A DNA stretch of 64,000 bases from Candidatus Poribacteria bacterium (GTDB lineage: Bacteria; Poribacteria; WGA-4E; WGA-3G). The position numbers and the translations under genes were made by a program. The stretch spans positions 3,904,001 to 3,968,000 of the forward strand of contig OZ251518.1 of the NCBI GenBank assembly GCA_965242965.1, in the 5' to 3' direction. Below, in pieces: positions 43,401 to 52,629 of the stretch (its first letter is position 1; each line of letters opens with the position of its first letter). The notes beneath the pieces were generated by a model. That model made no database searches. It saw only the letters and a program-made list of their open reading frames with translations, and was not told where the DNA came from.

Positions 43401-44563
43401 GCTCTATCGGTTATCTTCCCCTCCCCAATCCGTCTCAGTCCGTGTGCAGACCCGAGTCCACCGAAGGTGTGCTGCCCTTCTTGCACCGTCCATCGGAACG
43501 TGAGGGTATCGGTGCCGCTGCCGGAGATATATTCCGCATCTGCGAAAAAACTATCGGCCTTCATGTTCAGGGTCGGTATCCCCGTTACAACAACATCTTC
43601 ATTAAATGTCACAGAGACTTCTATCGTGTCGCCGGCGCGGTAATAGGCAGCCTCCGGGCTATTGGCCAACGTCACCGGCTTCGCACCCGTGGGAAGAGCC
43701 CAACCAAAGTCGTGCACAAGGTCACACGCTGCGGTGTAGGTATCACCGTATTTCCGGTGATCCACCAAGCACTCTTGACGCACCTTGTGATAGCGGGAAG
43801 GAGCAGGCCCTCTCGGGGCAGTGTTTATCTTAATGCTCCGAACCTCCGGAGCCGACGAAACGCTCCCATCTACTTTAGGGTAGTAAACTGTTCCCTGCCA
43901 ATTGACATTGTTGAGAGCAGGCCTATTGTCATAGCTATGCGCGACACTGCGCACACGCCCAACTCCAAAGGGAATAATCCCGCTTGCGTCGCTATCAAGC
44001 CAAGCACCGTTCCCATCTTCATCATCTTCCTGAACGGTGTAGACATAAACAGCGGTGAACTTTGCTTCGTTCGCCTGCAATGCGGCCCAGCTATTACCAC
44101 CGAGATGTTGTTCCAGAACACGATTGGGACCTATGAGCTCCCTAATACCGCGGATAGGGGTGTCACGAGAGGGGCCTTCGGTATCAAATGCAACTTTTGC
44201 CCATCCGCCGACATTGTTGACATTGTTTAACCGGATCGCAACCGCGATTTTCGTTCCTTCTCCCGCTAGGGCTGGCGTAGCACTGTTGACATCGTTGTTT
44301 GCATCTATCAACGTGCCATTTCGAGGCTCACCGTTGGCATCTATCGGGACATAATCCCTGGGGTGATCGCCCCGCCCTGGGAGATCTGGATTTGTATGCC
44401 TTCTCCACTCCGTGTCGGGGTTAAGGTAAATCCGAATCCATTCAATTGTGGGGGCTTCATGCCCCGGTGCGCCATCGGCATAGGCAACGTTCGGTGTTGC
44501 TCCGAATAGGGAAACTGTCCCTACAAGCAGCAAGAGGATTAAGCAAAAAGTGTTACGTTTCAT
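40457..44563 (-). CDS. giant secreted lamin-tail-domain/Ig-like protein (paralogue of 12664-17112)
   Basis: signal peptide ...NVAYA; SD AAGGAG; two LTD-like domains; LPVELSSF; LTTFGEVK tail. Confidence 0.9.
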   Translation of the reverse strand: MKRNTFCLILLLLVGTVSLFGATPNVAYADGAPGHEAPTIEWIRIYLNPDTEWRRHTNPDLPGRGDHPRDYVPIDANGEPRNGTLIDANNDVNSATPALAGEGTKIAVAIRLNNVNNVGGWAKVAFDTEGPSRDTPIRGIRELIGPNRVLEQHLGGNSWAALQANEAKFTAVYVYTVQEDDEDGNGAWLDSDASGIIPFGVGRVRSVAHSYDNRPALNNVNWQGTVYYPKVDGSVSSAPEVRSIKINTAPRGPAPSRYHKVRQECLVDHRKYGDTYTAACDLVHDFGWALPTGAKPVTLANSPEAAYYRAGDTIEVSVTFNEDVVVTGIPTLNMKADSFFADAEYISGSGTDTLTFRWTVQEGQHTFGGLGSAHGLRRIGEGKITDRAGHEVARIPNVPNSVALGLETQFRSFFSGQMLTATSEADPWIDPPGEHHADYARGIIKYLVDTIPATVWIPGVIKNGETHREDRRIAVVNLDPTYTAIPAMTADDFRAAVTESDVQTGAFDVEFRFFNEPGAIADEVGTSFTGDDVEITGANVVRSEWEVETTYIGLDHRATNQWPPPGRSNPPGSLHSPGDAKNSASFLVYKATIAPPLGFQGDVAISVPAGATQDIAGNDSLASNTLTVPVNIPFQVVETPEIVEPAAGVYTAGEKIEVEVTYNREGLRYEGDAPPYLTLYLGEEVPANARHATWQAAADANSTKVTFAYTVAVTDVADSISVAPVGLTVPVGTRLVDAGGSQLAGTSQEEVKGSGEVPARVPARGQLPLVDTSGRQVPTVMQESPVLPVFPIFQVEEPKAAASDVPRSPVVFNELGNGSGDTDDWLELRNVTGSAVSLKDWELSIVQDGKKEDTSLIAFVEDVSVPANGLLLITNSDPTAEGNALAGGDNVATAAVETKGSSHLYLVKSELSLPDDGKFLLILRNAKDKRGLNEAFVDVAGGGGSDTDAFVREQTGDYDTHVWPLQVLQAPGGDTEDALGSGKVWQRTKADIVGYHKDAWAESAFTGIGYDRKVTESPATSGTPGYPNGAVKTEAATPKGSVTLSEIMFDSGGGTLPQWIELYNNSKTDAINLNRWRLEIQNVDSEDLVGRPIVTLTLGEKVIQPNQTLLIVAGPARASSDSYLPADRIYDLLALHEKNLRIKRARDTFLSTEGFYLQLSDRNGNLVDEVGNRDSDRRSDDAPAWALPLSFEEGSRSSVIRRYDKSVALPGQKRASWVLAARIKPFDESLHYGHAEDIGTPGHREGGALPVELSSFSMMRNEAGAVVLTWTTESEVDNAGFNLRRSEKRASGFTLLNPALIAGAGTTGERQTYTFTDTSAKPGVEYYYQIEEVAFDGKPETLVTRLLPGPVSASNRMLTTFGEVKRQE

Positions 44564-44985
44564 CGAAAACTCCTTTGAAAAATATGGGATAGACGCACTG
44601 CGGAAACGTAGCGACGCGCGGCTTTCACCGAGAAGGTGAACGCGGTCTGGGACGCAGTGCGTTGTGAAGGTATTCTGGAAGAAAATTCTGAGAAAAACAG
44701 GGTAACCGTGGGCGGGTGCCCACGGTTATCCTGCCCCTTAATACCCCTAGTGGGGAGTGAATTTTCCCCGGAACAACACTGGTAACCGTTGCATCGGACG
44801 ATGCAACGTAAAAAGCCCCGTGGCAGGCGCGGACTCGCGTAGGCGAGCGCGTGCCACGAGGCAAAACAAAATAGGCGCGTGCAAAGCACGCGGGTTTTGG
44901 GTTGGGATGCAGATGAGATATTACCCCAGATCGCCTTCTTGCCGAGAACGTCAGAGGTTAACGGATATTTAGGACGGGGGGGGTA
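44560..44985 (-). other. -1-frame leader extension ending in an ATGA overlap with the downstream gene
   Basis: frame open from the poly-C (44976-44983) to TGA 44562-44560, which overlaps ATG 44563. Confidence 0.5.
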
Positions 44986-45167
44986 AATCGAATTATGTTC
45001 AGTGCGGTGTCATCAACAGGACGCGCAAATGGAGACACGGCGCGCAGCCGGGGTGGCTGGCACGTCGTTGCAATCGCGTTATTCGGGCGGATGTGGGTAT
45101 CCGCAATGAGAAAAACGGGTTGAGGGTTCACGTTTGGCATCCTTTGTTTCGTTTTCGCACTAAACAT
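44958..45167 (-). CDS. leader ORF ending TPPVLNIR*, containing a C8 tract (start uncertain: 45167, 45140 or 45131)
   Basis: ends with the same architecture as leader 17187-17345. Confidence 0.5.
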   Translation of the reverse strand: MFSAKTKQRMPNVNPQPVFLIADTHIRPNNAIATTCQPPRLRAVSPFARPVDDTALNIIRFTPPVLNIR

Positions 45168-45191
45168 GGCAATTTTTACTATATAGTATAT

Positions 45192-45220
45192 AGTATACCA
45201 CATTTTTGCGCGTTTGTCAA
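45192..45220 (-). promoter_or_regulatory. sigma70 promoter
   Basis: TTGACA-17 nt-TATACT with extended -10 TG. Confidence 0.8.
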
Positions 45221-45308
45221 ATTAAAATGTGATTTTAACAGATTTTTGCGTTTTTTTTCAAGATTTTTTGTGAAAAAAACGTTACGCGAAAAAAACCTCG
45301 TCCTCACC

Positions 45309-45905
45309 GTAGCGCGAGGGCCTGTCCCTCGCGATCGCTCGCTCACCGGAGCGTTTTCTCGATTCCCGGAGCGCGAGGGCCTGTCCCCCGCGAACGTTCG
45401 ATTATCCCGGGCACGGCGGGGGACAGGCCCCCGCCCTACGATAAGAGGGAGGCTGCTTCAATACCGTAGCGCGAGGGCCTGTCCCTCGCGATCGCTCGCT
45501 CACCGGAGCGTTCTCCCGATTCCCGGAGCGCGAGGGCCTGTCCCTCGCGAACGTTCGATTATCCCGGGCACGGCGGGGGACAGGCCCCCGCCCTACGATA
45601 AGAGGGAGGCTGCTTCGATTCCCGTAGCGCGAGGGCCTGTCCCTCGCGTGCTCTCACTCACCGGAGCGTTTTCCCGATTCCCGGAGCGCGAGGGCCTGTC
45701 CCGCGCGAACGTTCGATTATCCCGGGCACGGCGGGGGACAGGCCCCCGCCCTACGATAAGAGGGAGGCTGCTCCGAATTACCGTAGCGCGAGGGCCTGTC
45801 CCTCGCGATCGCTCGATCACCGTAGCGTTTTCCCGACAACCGGAGCGCGAGGGCCTGTCCCTCGCGATCTTTCGATTACCGTAGCGCGCGGTTTGTCCCG
45901 CGCGA
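45309..45905. repeat. tandem array of ~158-bp REP units (~3.5 copies)
   Basis: units start at 45309, 45466, 45624, 45783. Confidence 0.92.
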
Positions 45906-45981
45906 TGCCCCTATCTGCTCTAGACTTCTTTTTCGGAAATATGCTATCATATATCCTAATGACAACGGAGAAAAAAACACT

Positions 45982-47178
45982 ATGCGCATTCTTTGTGCGA
46001 ACGTAGGGAGCACCTCGTTCAAATACCAAATCATCAATATGACAACAGAAACCTCCCTCGTGAAGGGAGGCGTGGAACGCATTGGGAATTCGCCCTCGGC
46101 GTTTACGCACGCCGTGCCGGGGAAACCGTCGCGCGCAGGTGAAATTGACGCGCCGACGCATACCGATGCCATCGCTCACGCTATGAACCTCATCACCGAT
46201 GCGGAAGTCGGCTGCCTGGCAGACTTGGGGGAATTGGACGGTGTCGGATTCAAAACGATTCTGGCGCAAGGCTATTGGCGTTCTGCGCGGATTACGGAAG
46301 CTGTCATCGCCGCACTTGATGCCGCCACGCCGCTCGCGCCGATGCACAACCCCGCCTATATCGCCTCGATTCGCGCCTTTCAGGAGCTGCTTCCGGCGAT
46401 GCCGCTTGTCGCCGTTTTTGAGACATGGTTCCATCAGAATCTCCCGGATTACGCCGCCGAATTCGGTGTGCCACGTTTTTGGGTGGAACAGCACGATGTC
46501 CGCCGATACGGTTACCACGGTGCGTCGCATCGCTATATTTCGGAACGCGTGCCGGAAATGGCGATGCAATCGGGAGGGCGTGCCAACAAGATTATCTCCT
46601 GTCACCTCGGTGGAAGTTCCTCTCTCTGTGCGATTAAAAACGGGAAATCCATTGATACCTCCATGGGCACTTCCACGCAATACGGGATGATTCAGTCCAC
46701 TCGGTGCGGCGAGTTGGACGCGTTCGCTGTGTTATATCTGATGGACAAAGAGGGGTTTTCTACCGATGAAATTCGTCGGCAGTTGATTGAGGAGTCGGGG
46801 ATGAAAGGTATCTCCGGCACCAGCGGCGATATGCGTGATGTGGCGGCGGCAATGCAGGCGGGCAACGACAATGCCCGGCTGGCACTAGAAACCTACGTCT
46901 ACGGCGTGAAAAAATATATCGGCGCGTATATCGCCGCGCTCGGCGGCGTAGATGTCCTCGCTTTTGCGGGCGGCATCGGGGAGAAGAGTGCGACAACGCG
47001 CGCGCAAATCTGCGATGGTTTGGAATGGTTCGGGATTCAGTTGGACTCAGAAAAAAACCGGCAGGCGACGAGTGAATCGGATATTTCCGCGCGGGATAGC
47101 CGCGCCAAGATTCTCGTTGTCTCTACGAATGAGGAGATTATCGTCGCGCGGGAGACAGCGCGCGTGCTTTCGGCGTGA
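45982..47178 (+). CDS. ackA: acetate/propionate kinase (divergent type)
   Basis: NVGSTSFKY, APMHNP, RRYGYHGASH, CHLGG, FAGGIGE, TNEE. Confidence 0.85.
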   Translation: MRILCANVGSTSFKYQIINMTTETSLVKGGVERIGNSPSAFTHAVPGKPSRAGEIDAPTHTDAIAHAMNLITDAEVGCLADLGELDGVGFKTILAQGYWRSARITEAVIAALDAATPLAPMHNPAYIASIRAFQELLPAMPLVAVFETWFHQNLPDYAAEFGVPRFWVEQHDVRRYGYHGASHRYISERVPEMAMQSGGRANKIISCHLGGSSSLCAIKNGKSIDTSMGTSTQYGMIQSTRCGELDAFAVLYLMDKEGFSTDEIRRQLIEESGMKGISGTSGDMRDVAAAMQAGNDNARLALETYVYGVKKYIGAYIAALGGVDVLAFAGGIGEKSATTRAQICDGLEWFGIQLDSEKNRQATSESDISARDSRAKILVVSTNEEIIVARETARVLSA

Positions 47179-47191
47179 CATCCCTGTGGCT

Positions 47192-47983
47192 TCACATCAA
47201 ATACTCGCGCTCGCGGAAAATGCGGATGGCCAGCCATAGCAAAACGGCTGTCAACACGCAGACAACAGCGAACGCTACCCACACCGATGGCGGTTCACTC
47301 CCACGCAAAGCAAGGATATCCGAGGACAGTTTGTAATCAGGATAGAGCGTCAGGAGGTAATGCGATATGGAGAGGCGTTTGATGCCCATTGACATCATAG
47401 GCTGAACCGTCAGATTCTCCCATCCCAAAACGAATAGCAATCCCCACAGCACCGGGTTTTTAAACCGTACCGCCAAGACTACGGCGAGGGCACCGTAGGC
47501 GAGCAAGCCTAACCCCAGCGCAGCAGAATAGCGGAAACTCATGCCGAGGTGGAAAAAGATACCGTTCTGTAGTTTTGAATGCGTTGCGACAATCCCTGTC
47601 AGCAGCAGATGCGATACAACGACGAGCGCGACGGTGCCGACGAGATAGGCGGCGAACTTGCTCAGCAGCAGTGCCGATTTGCGGAGCGGCCGCATTTGGA
47701 GATAGGTGAGCCCCTTTCCCTCAATTTCATCGGAGATAATCGCCGTGCCGTAGAAAATCGCGCAGAGATTGGTGAGCAAGCCGTATAACGCGAGCGTCAT
47801 CTCTGGAATGAAGCGGTTGACGCTGCCCGCGCCGCGCGCCATAAATCGGAACAGGAGCGCGATGACAAGCGTCAGCAGGCACCCGAGCAGAATCAGAATC
47901 GTGCGACGACTCCAGAACATCTGCCGGAGCGTCACCTTAAACAGCGCGATATAGGCAGGAAATGAATGTGTGTTGATAGTCAC
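47192..47983 (-). CDS. ABC-2 type transporter permease
   Basis: six TM segments, ISDEIEGKGLTYLQMRP..LSKF. Confidence 0.8.
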   Translation of the reverse strand: MTINTHSFPAYIALFKVTLRQMFWSRRTILILLGCLLTLVIALLFRFMARGAGSVNRFIPEMTLALYGLLTNLCAIFYGTAIISDEIEGKGLTYLQMRPLRKSALLLSKFAAYLVGTVALVVVSHLLLTGIVATHSKLQNGIFFHLGMSFRYSAALGLGLLAYGALAVVLAVRFKNPVLWGLLFVLGWENLTVQPMMSMGIKRLSISHYLLTLYPDYKLSSDILALRGSEPPSVWVAFAVVCVLTAVLLWLAIRIFREREYLM

Positions 47984-48116
47984 CTATGATTTTCCTTAAT
48001 TCTCCGCGGGTAGACGCTGTTGAAAATCGCGCATACCGGGGTTGTTCTACGTAAGTGAGGGGATTTCATAACTCGTTGTTGTCAAAATAGACACTCCGAA
48101 CGATTCCGTTTCCCCC

Positions 48117-48385
48117 GTAGGAGAGACCTCCCGGTCTCGATATCGTCCGCGCACTCCAACGATCGCGGGGGACAGGCCCCCGCGCTACGATAAAAAACGC
48201 CCCCTCACCGTAGGGCGAGGGCCTGTCCCTCGCCATCGCTCGCGCACGCGCAATCCAACGATCGCGGGGGAAACCCGCTCGGATGCGCGTATGGAAACCT
48301 CCGAGGGCCCCCGCGCTACGGGAACATCGAGACCAGGAGGGTTCTCCTACCGAGTTCATTGAGACCAGGAGGGCTCTCCTACGGT
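48117..48385. repeat. REP cluster
   Basis: several GTAG hairpin families. Confidence 0.85.
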
Positions 48386-48610
48386 ATTGCATCGAAATAT
48401 GAAACACCCTCACGTAAGTCCTATATCCTAATTGTAGCATGCAATTGCAGATTTCGCAAGTTTTTTTAAATTTGCATCTTTTTGTGAATTTTGCTATAAT
48501 AATTCTTAACCTACAAAAAAATTGACAGAGCAATTCAGTTCACCGAAATTGATGCCTTCGCTAGAACTGAAAACGAAATGGCTCTGTAACATTGACAAGG
48601 AGGTTTGCTT

Positions 48611-49312
48611 ATGCGAACTATCGTTTTATTGGCAATTTTTTGCCTCACCGTCTCGCCGGTGTTCGCCCAGAAATACATCAGTTGGGAAGCGGAGAACTTT
48701 GATGCCTCAAACGGTGACAAATTTGAGGTATTCGATGCACCGTCAGACCAGGTGGGTAACGCCGACGAAGGCGTTGATGACTACACCGTCGCCGAAGCAT
48801 CCGGCGGGGCTTTCATCGGTTCGGTTAACGGCATCGGTAACGATGGAGATGCCTGGGTGAAATATGAATTCTCGGTGGAAGCCGACGATTGGCACTTCTG
48901 GGGGCGCGTCATTGCTCCCTCCGTCGCCGATAATTCCATGTATTGGGCGTTTGACATCGCCGATGGCGACGCTGTCTCAAACAACAACGCCACCATGAAT
49001 ATCTGGGATTTCTATGAACAAGAGGCACTCCGGGTGAACTATACCACCGAGTGGGTTTGGTTCCGGCTGAACACACGCGATGGGCCGTTTGAAGGCACGG
49101 AGCTCATCCAACACGGCGATGACCCGGTCCCGGTGGAATTAGCGGATGGCGAGCATACGTTGCATATCGTCCACCGCGAAGACGGCACCTACATCGACAA
49201 AATTTTCGCCACGACAGATGTTGCGTTCGATCCGAATGAAACAGACCCGCAGACCCCGGTTGAGCCGCAGAATAAGTTGGCAACGACATGGGGCGCGCTC
49301 AAGGCGAGATAA
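48611..49312 (+). CDS. secreted carbohydrate-binding-module-like protein with TTWGALK tail
   Basis: signal peptide ..PVFA, WEAENF, GEHTLHIVHREDGTYIDK, VEPQNKLATTWGALKAR. Confidence 0.8.
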   Translation: MRTIVLLAIFCLTVSPVFAQKYISWEAENFDASNGDKFEVFDAPSDQVGNADEGVDDYTVAEASGGAFIGSVNGIGNDGDAWVKYEFSVEADDWHFWGRVIAPSVADNSMYWAFDIADGDAVSNNNATMNIWDFYEQEALRVNYTTEWVWFRLNTRDGPFEGTELIQHGDDPVPVELADGEHTLHIVHREDGTYIDKIFATTDVAFDPNETDPQTPVEPQNKLATTWGALKAR

Positions 49313-49512
49313 CCCATTTTCCCTCGCTGCTGGTAGGGTGGGAGCCTCGGCTCCTATCCGCCGGCGTGCGAGAATTTCAAGGTCGGCGATAACAAGCGTA
49401 GGAAGGCATTGGGCCCACCTCTGTAGTTCGGGATCGCCTGATCCCGAACAGGTCAGGATCAGGCGATCCTGACCTACAGGGGTGATGCAGTCTGCTAAAG
49501 GCGGATATCTCC

Positions 49513-49776
49513 ATGGCATGCGAAATCGCCAAACAAAAAATCTACGATACGCTCAAAAACGGATACTTCACCGACGAAAAAGATTACGTTGATATCTCCA
49601 ACGGTTCTGGGGATGACATCCACATTGTCATCGTCAGTCGGAAATTTGAAGGGCACACGATGTGCGATAGGGTAGATGTTATCTGGAACGAGTTAGGTAA
49701 ACATCTTACCCAAAAGGAGTGGGGCAACGTATTCCTCTCCATCGGCATGCTCCCTGAAGATGTCAGAGTCTTGTAA
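49513..49776 (+). CDS. BolA-like small protein, copy 1
   Basis: IHIVIVSRKFEG....RVDVIWNEL. Confidence 0.65.
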   Translation: MACEIAKQKIYDTLKNGYFTDEKDYVDISNGSGDDIHIVIVSRKFEGHTMCDRVDVIWNELGKHLTQKEWGNVFLSIGMLPEDVRVL

Positions 49777-49897
49777 GGAGAATCGCTATAGTGCGCACAA
49801 CCTCAACTCTCCGCGTCGCTTTTTATGGCTGCGGCACCTTCGCAAACAAAACCCGCATCCCGAACCTGAGGCAACTCGGTCAGTCGGAGAATTCATC

Positions 49898-50161
49898 ATG
49901 GCGGATGAAACGGTAATGCAGCGCATTTACGATGCGCTCAAAAACGGATACTTCACCGACGAAAAAGATTACGTTGATGTCTCCAACGGTTCTGGCGACG
50001 ATGTTGAAATCGTTGTTGTCAGTCGAAAATTCAAGGACTACAATCGGTGGAGAAGGGTAGATATTATCTGGAAGGAATTGGAAAAACATCTCCCTCAAGG
50101 AGAGGCAGACCGCGTCTTCCTCTCCATCGGCATGCTCCCTGAAGATGTCAGAATCTTGTAA
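49898..50161 (+). CDS. BolA-like small protein, copy 2
   Basis: tandem duplicate (385-bp period); SD GGAG. Confidence 0.65.
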   Translation: MADETVMQRIYDALKNGYFTDEKDYVDVSNGSGDDVEIVVVSRKFKDYNRWRRVDIIWKELEKHLPQGEADRVFLSIGMLPEDVRIL

Positions 50162-50175
50162 GGAGAATCGCTATA

Positions 50176-51198
50176 GTGTGCACAACCTCAACTCTCCGCG
50201 TCGCTTTTTATGGCTGCGGCACCTTCGCAAACAAAACTCGCATCCCGAACCTGATGCAACTCGGTTCGGTTGACATCGTCGCCGCGTGCGATAATAATCC
50301 CCAGGCGGCACAGGAGACAGCGGCGCGCTTCGGCATCCCGCGCGTTTACCACAGCGAAAACGGCGGCGCATACGAAATGCTTGACACCGAAGCCATCGAC
50401 GTGTTATACTCTATTGTGCCGGCTTACGCGCGCGCCGATGTCGAAGTCATCGCCGCTGAAAAGGGCATTCACCTCTTCAGCGAGAAGCCGCAGGCACTCA
50501 CGATGGAAGTTGCCCGGCGCATTGATAACGCCATTCAAAACGCCGGGGTCCTCGGCACTGTCGGGTTTCGCGAGCGGTATCGGCCGATTTTTCAAGAGGC
50601 GCGCCGACTTTTGGAAAACAAGCGTATCGTGCATATCCGCTTCCAGAGTTTCGGCGGACTCCCACCAACGAAGAGCGGCAAACCGGAAACGTGGTGGGCT
50701 GAAATGGATAAATCCGGGGGGCGCGCCCTTGACTGGGGTGTGCATGCGACAGATTACAGCCGCTTTATGACAGGCTTGAACGTCGCGCAAGCGCAAGCCT
50801 TCTATTGCGAACGCGAAACCTACGCGACCGCGCTGTCCTCAAGTTTTAACTATCGTTTTGATAACGGCGCGACGATGACGCTCAGTTTTGTCGCCGCCGG
50901 CCCGAACCCGAACAGAAACCCGTGGTTCACGCTCTTCTATGAAGGCGGATACCTCGCAATTTTCGGGTATGAGCGCATTGAAGTAAACGGCGAAGTTGTC
51001 TATCAGGCTAACGAGTTTGACCCGTGGCTGGAGCAAGACAGCGTTTTTATCCGCGCTGTCCAGACTGGCGATGCCAGCCTTCTCCGTAACGATTACCACG
51101 ATGGGCTCTTCTCTTTAGCCCCCGTTTTGGCTGGATGGCACGCCGCTCGCCGAAATGGGGAATGTGTTGATGTTGCAGCCTTTATGGCTGAGAAATAA
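50176..51198 (+). CDS. Gfo/Idh/MocA family oxidoreductase
   Basis: VAFYGCG, SEKPQA, DWGVHATD. Confidence 0.9.
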   Translation: MCTTSTLRVAFYGCGTFANKTRIPNLMQLGSVDIVAACDNNPQAAQETAARFGIPRVYHSENGGAYEMLDTEAIDVLYSIVPAYARADVEVIAAEKGIHLFSEKPQALTMEVARRIDNAIQNAGVLGTVGFRERYRPIFQEARRLLENKRIVHIRFQSFGGLPPTKSGKPETWWAEMDKSGGRALDWGVHATDYSRFMTGLNVAQAQAFYCERETYATALSSSFNYRFDNGATMTLSFVAAGPNPNRNPWFTLFYEGGYLAIFGYERIEVNGEVVYQANEFDPWLEQDSVFIRAVQTGDASLLRNDYHDGLFSLAPVLAGWHAARRNGECVDVAAFMAEK

Positions 51199-51220
51199 TT
51201 TTCCAAGGAGAATATAGAAA

Positions 51221-51436
51221 ATGGATGCAAAACTGAAAAAAATCCAGATCACGCCGATGAAATTTGATAAAGATGGCGAGGTGCAGAAGGAAGAATTCGC
51301 GACGCTCACCATTGAAGTCCCGATGGATAGCACCGGGCAGCGCGCCGCAATTATGCACCTCTGCGAACTCCTTGACCAGGAGTGGATTGTCGTTGAAGTT
51401 GAGGGCAAAAAAGTGGTGGCGGTTAATACCGCCTGA
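51221..51436 (+). CDS. small hypothetical protein
   Basis: SD AAGGAG, in operon orientation. Confidence 0.7.
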   Translation: MDAKLKKIQITPMKFDKDGEVQKEEFATLTIEVPMDSTGQRAAIMHLCELLDQEWIVVEVEGKKVVAVNTA

Positions 51437-51472
51437 GGAGAAGCGCGAGGGGTGCTGAACCCGTAAGAATAA

Positions 51473-52606
51473 ATGAAAAAACCTCAACTCTTTACGCCCG
51501 GTCCTACGCCACTCCCGCCTGAAACGTTGCTGGCGATGGCGCAACCGATTGACTACCACCGAAGCCCCGCCTCGGCGACGTTAATTGCGGATGTGCTGAC
51601 AAAACTTAAGCACGTCTTCCAAACAGAGCACGATGTCTTGTGCCTCACCACGTCCGGTACGGGTGCGATGGAAGGCGCGGTGGCGAATCTGCTGAGCCGC
51701 GGCGATAAGGTGCTTGTCATCCGCAGCGGCAAATTCGGCGAACGGTGGAGTGACATTTGCACCGCATACGGCGTTGAAGTTATCCCGATTGACGTGACAT
51801 GGGGGGAGTCGGTTTCACCTGCCACGGTGGCAGCGCGTCTCGATGCGTCTCCTGATGTAAAGGCAGTCTTCGCCACCCTCTGTGAAACCTCCACTGGTGC
51901 CTTGCACGACATTGAGGCACTAGCGCGGTTGACACAGGTTCGTCCGACGCTGTTGGTTGTCGATGCAGTCAGCGCGCTCGGCGCAGACGATTTGCAGATG
52001 GACGCGTGGGGTGTGGACGCTGTCGTTTCTTGTTCACAGAAAGGTTTGATGACACCGCCTGGCCTCGCCTTCGCCGCGTTGAATTCTCGCGCGTGGGCGG
52101 CAGTAGCGCGTTCCGATTTGCCGAAATACTATCTGGACTTCCGGAAAGCGCGGGACGCAGGCAGGGAAGGTTCTACCCCTTACACGCCGGCGATAACGCT
52201 CGTCCACGCGTTACAGGCATCGCTCACGCTTTTGTGTGCCGAGGGCATCCGTAACGTCATAGCCCGGCACGCGCGCTTGGCACAGGCGACGCGAAGTGCA
52301 GTTGCGGGCCTCGGCATGCAACTGTTCGCAACGCATCCTGCCAATACTTTAACCTCAATCCATCTGCCGGCAGAGGTTGATGGAAAGGCGTTCATCGCAC
52401 GCATGCGGGAAAAACATGGGATTACGTATGCCGGTGGGCAAAGTCAATTGAGTGGAAAGATTGTCCGCATTGCGCATCTCGGTTGGATGAACGAGAACGA
52501 TGTCATCGTCGCCATCGCCGCGCTGGAACGCGGTTTCGTGGAGATGGGATATGATATTCCGTTAGGTGCCGGTGTCGCCGCCGCTCAAGAAGTTTTTCGT
52601 CGGTAA
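51473..52606 (+). CDS. class V PLP aminotransferase (alanine-glyoxylate/serine-pyruvate type)
   Basis: PGPT, SGTGAMEG, ETSTG, DAVS, SQKGLMTPPG. Confidence 0.92.
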   Translation: MKKPQLFTPGPTPLPPETLLAMAQPIDYHRSPASATLIADVLTKLKHVFQTEHDVLCLTTSGTGAMEGAVANLLSRGDKVLVIRSGKFGERWSDICTAYGVEVIPIDVTWGESVSPATVAARLDASPDVKAVFATLCETSTGALHDIEALARLTQVRPTLLVVDAVSALGADDLQMDAWGVDAVVSCSQKGLMTPPGLAFAALNSRAWAAVARSDLPKYYLDFRKARDAGREGSTPYTPAITLVHALQASLTLLCAEGIRNVIARHARLAQATRSAVAGLGMQLFATHPANTLTSIHLPAEVDGKAFIARMREKHGITYAGGQSQLSGKIVRIAHLGWMNENDVIVAIAALERGFVEMGYDIPLGAGVAAAQEVFRR

Positions 52607-52629
52607 AACCGCTCAGGCTATAGGAAAAG

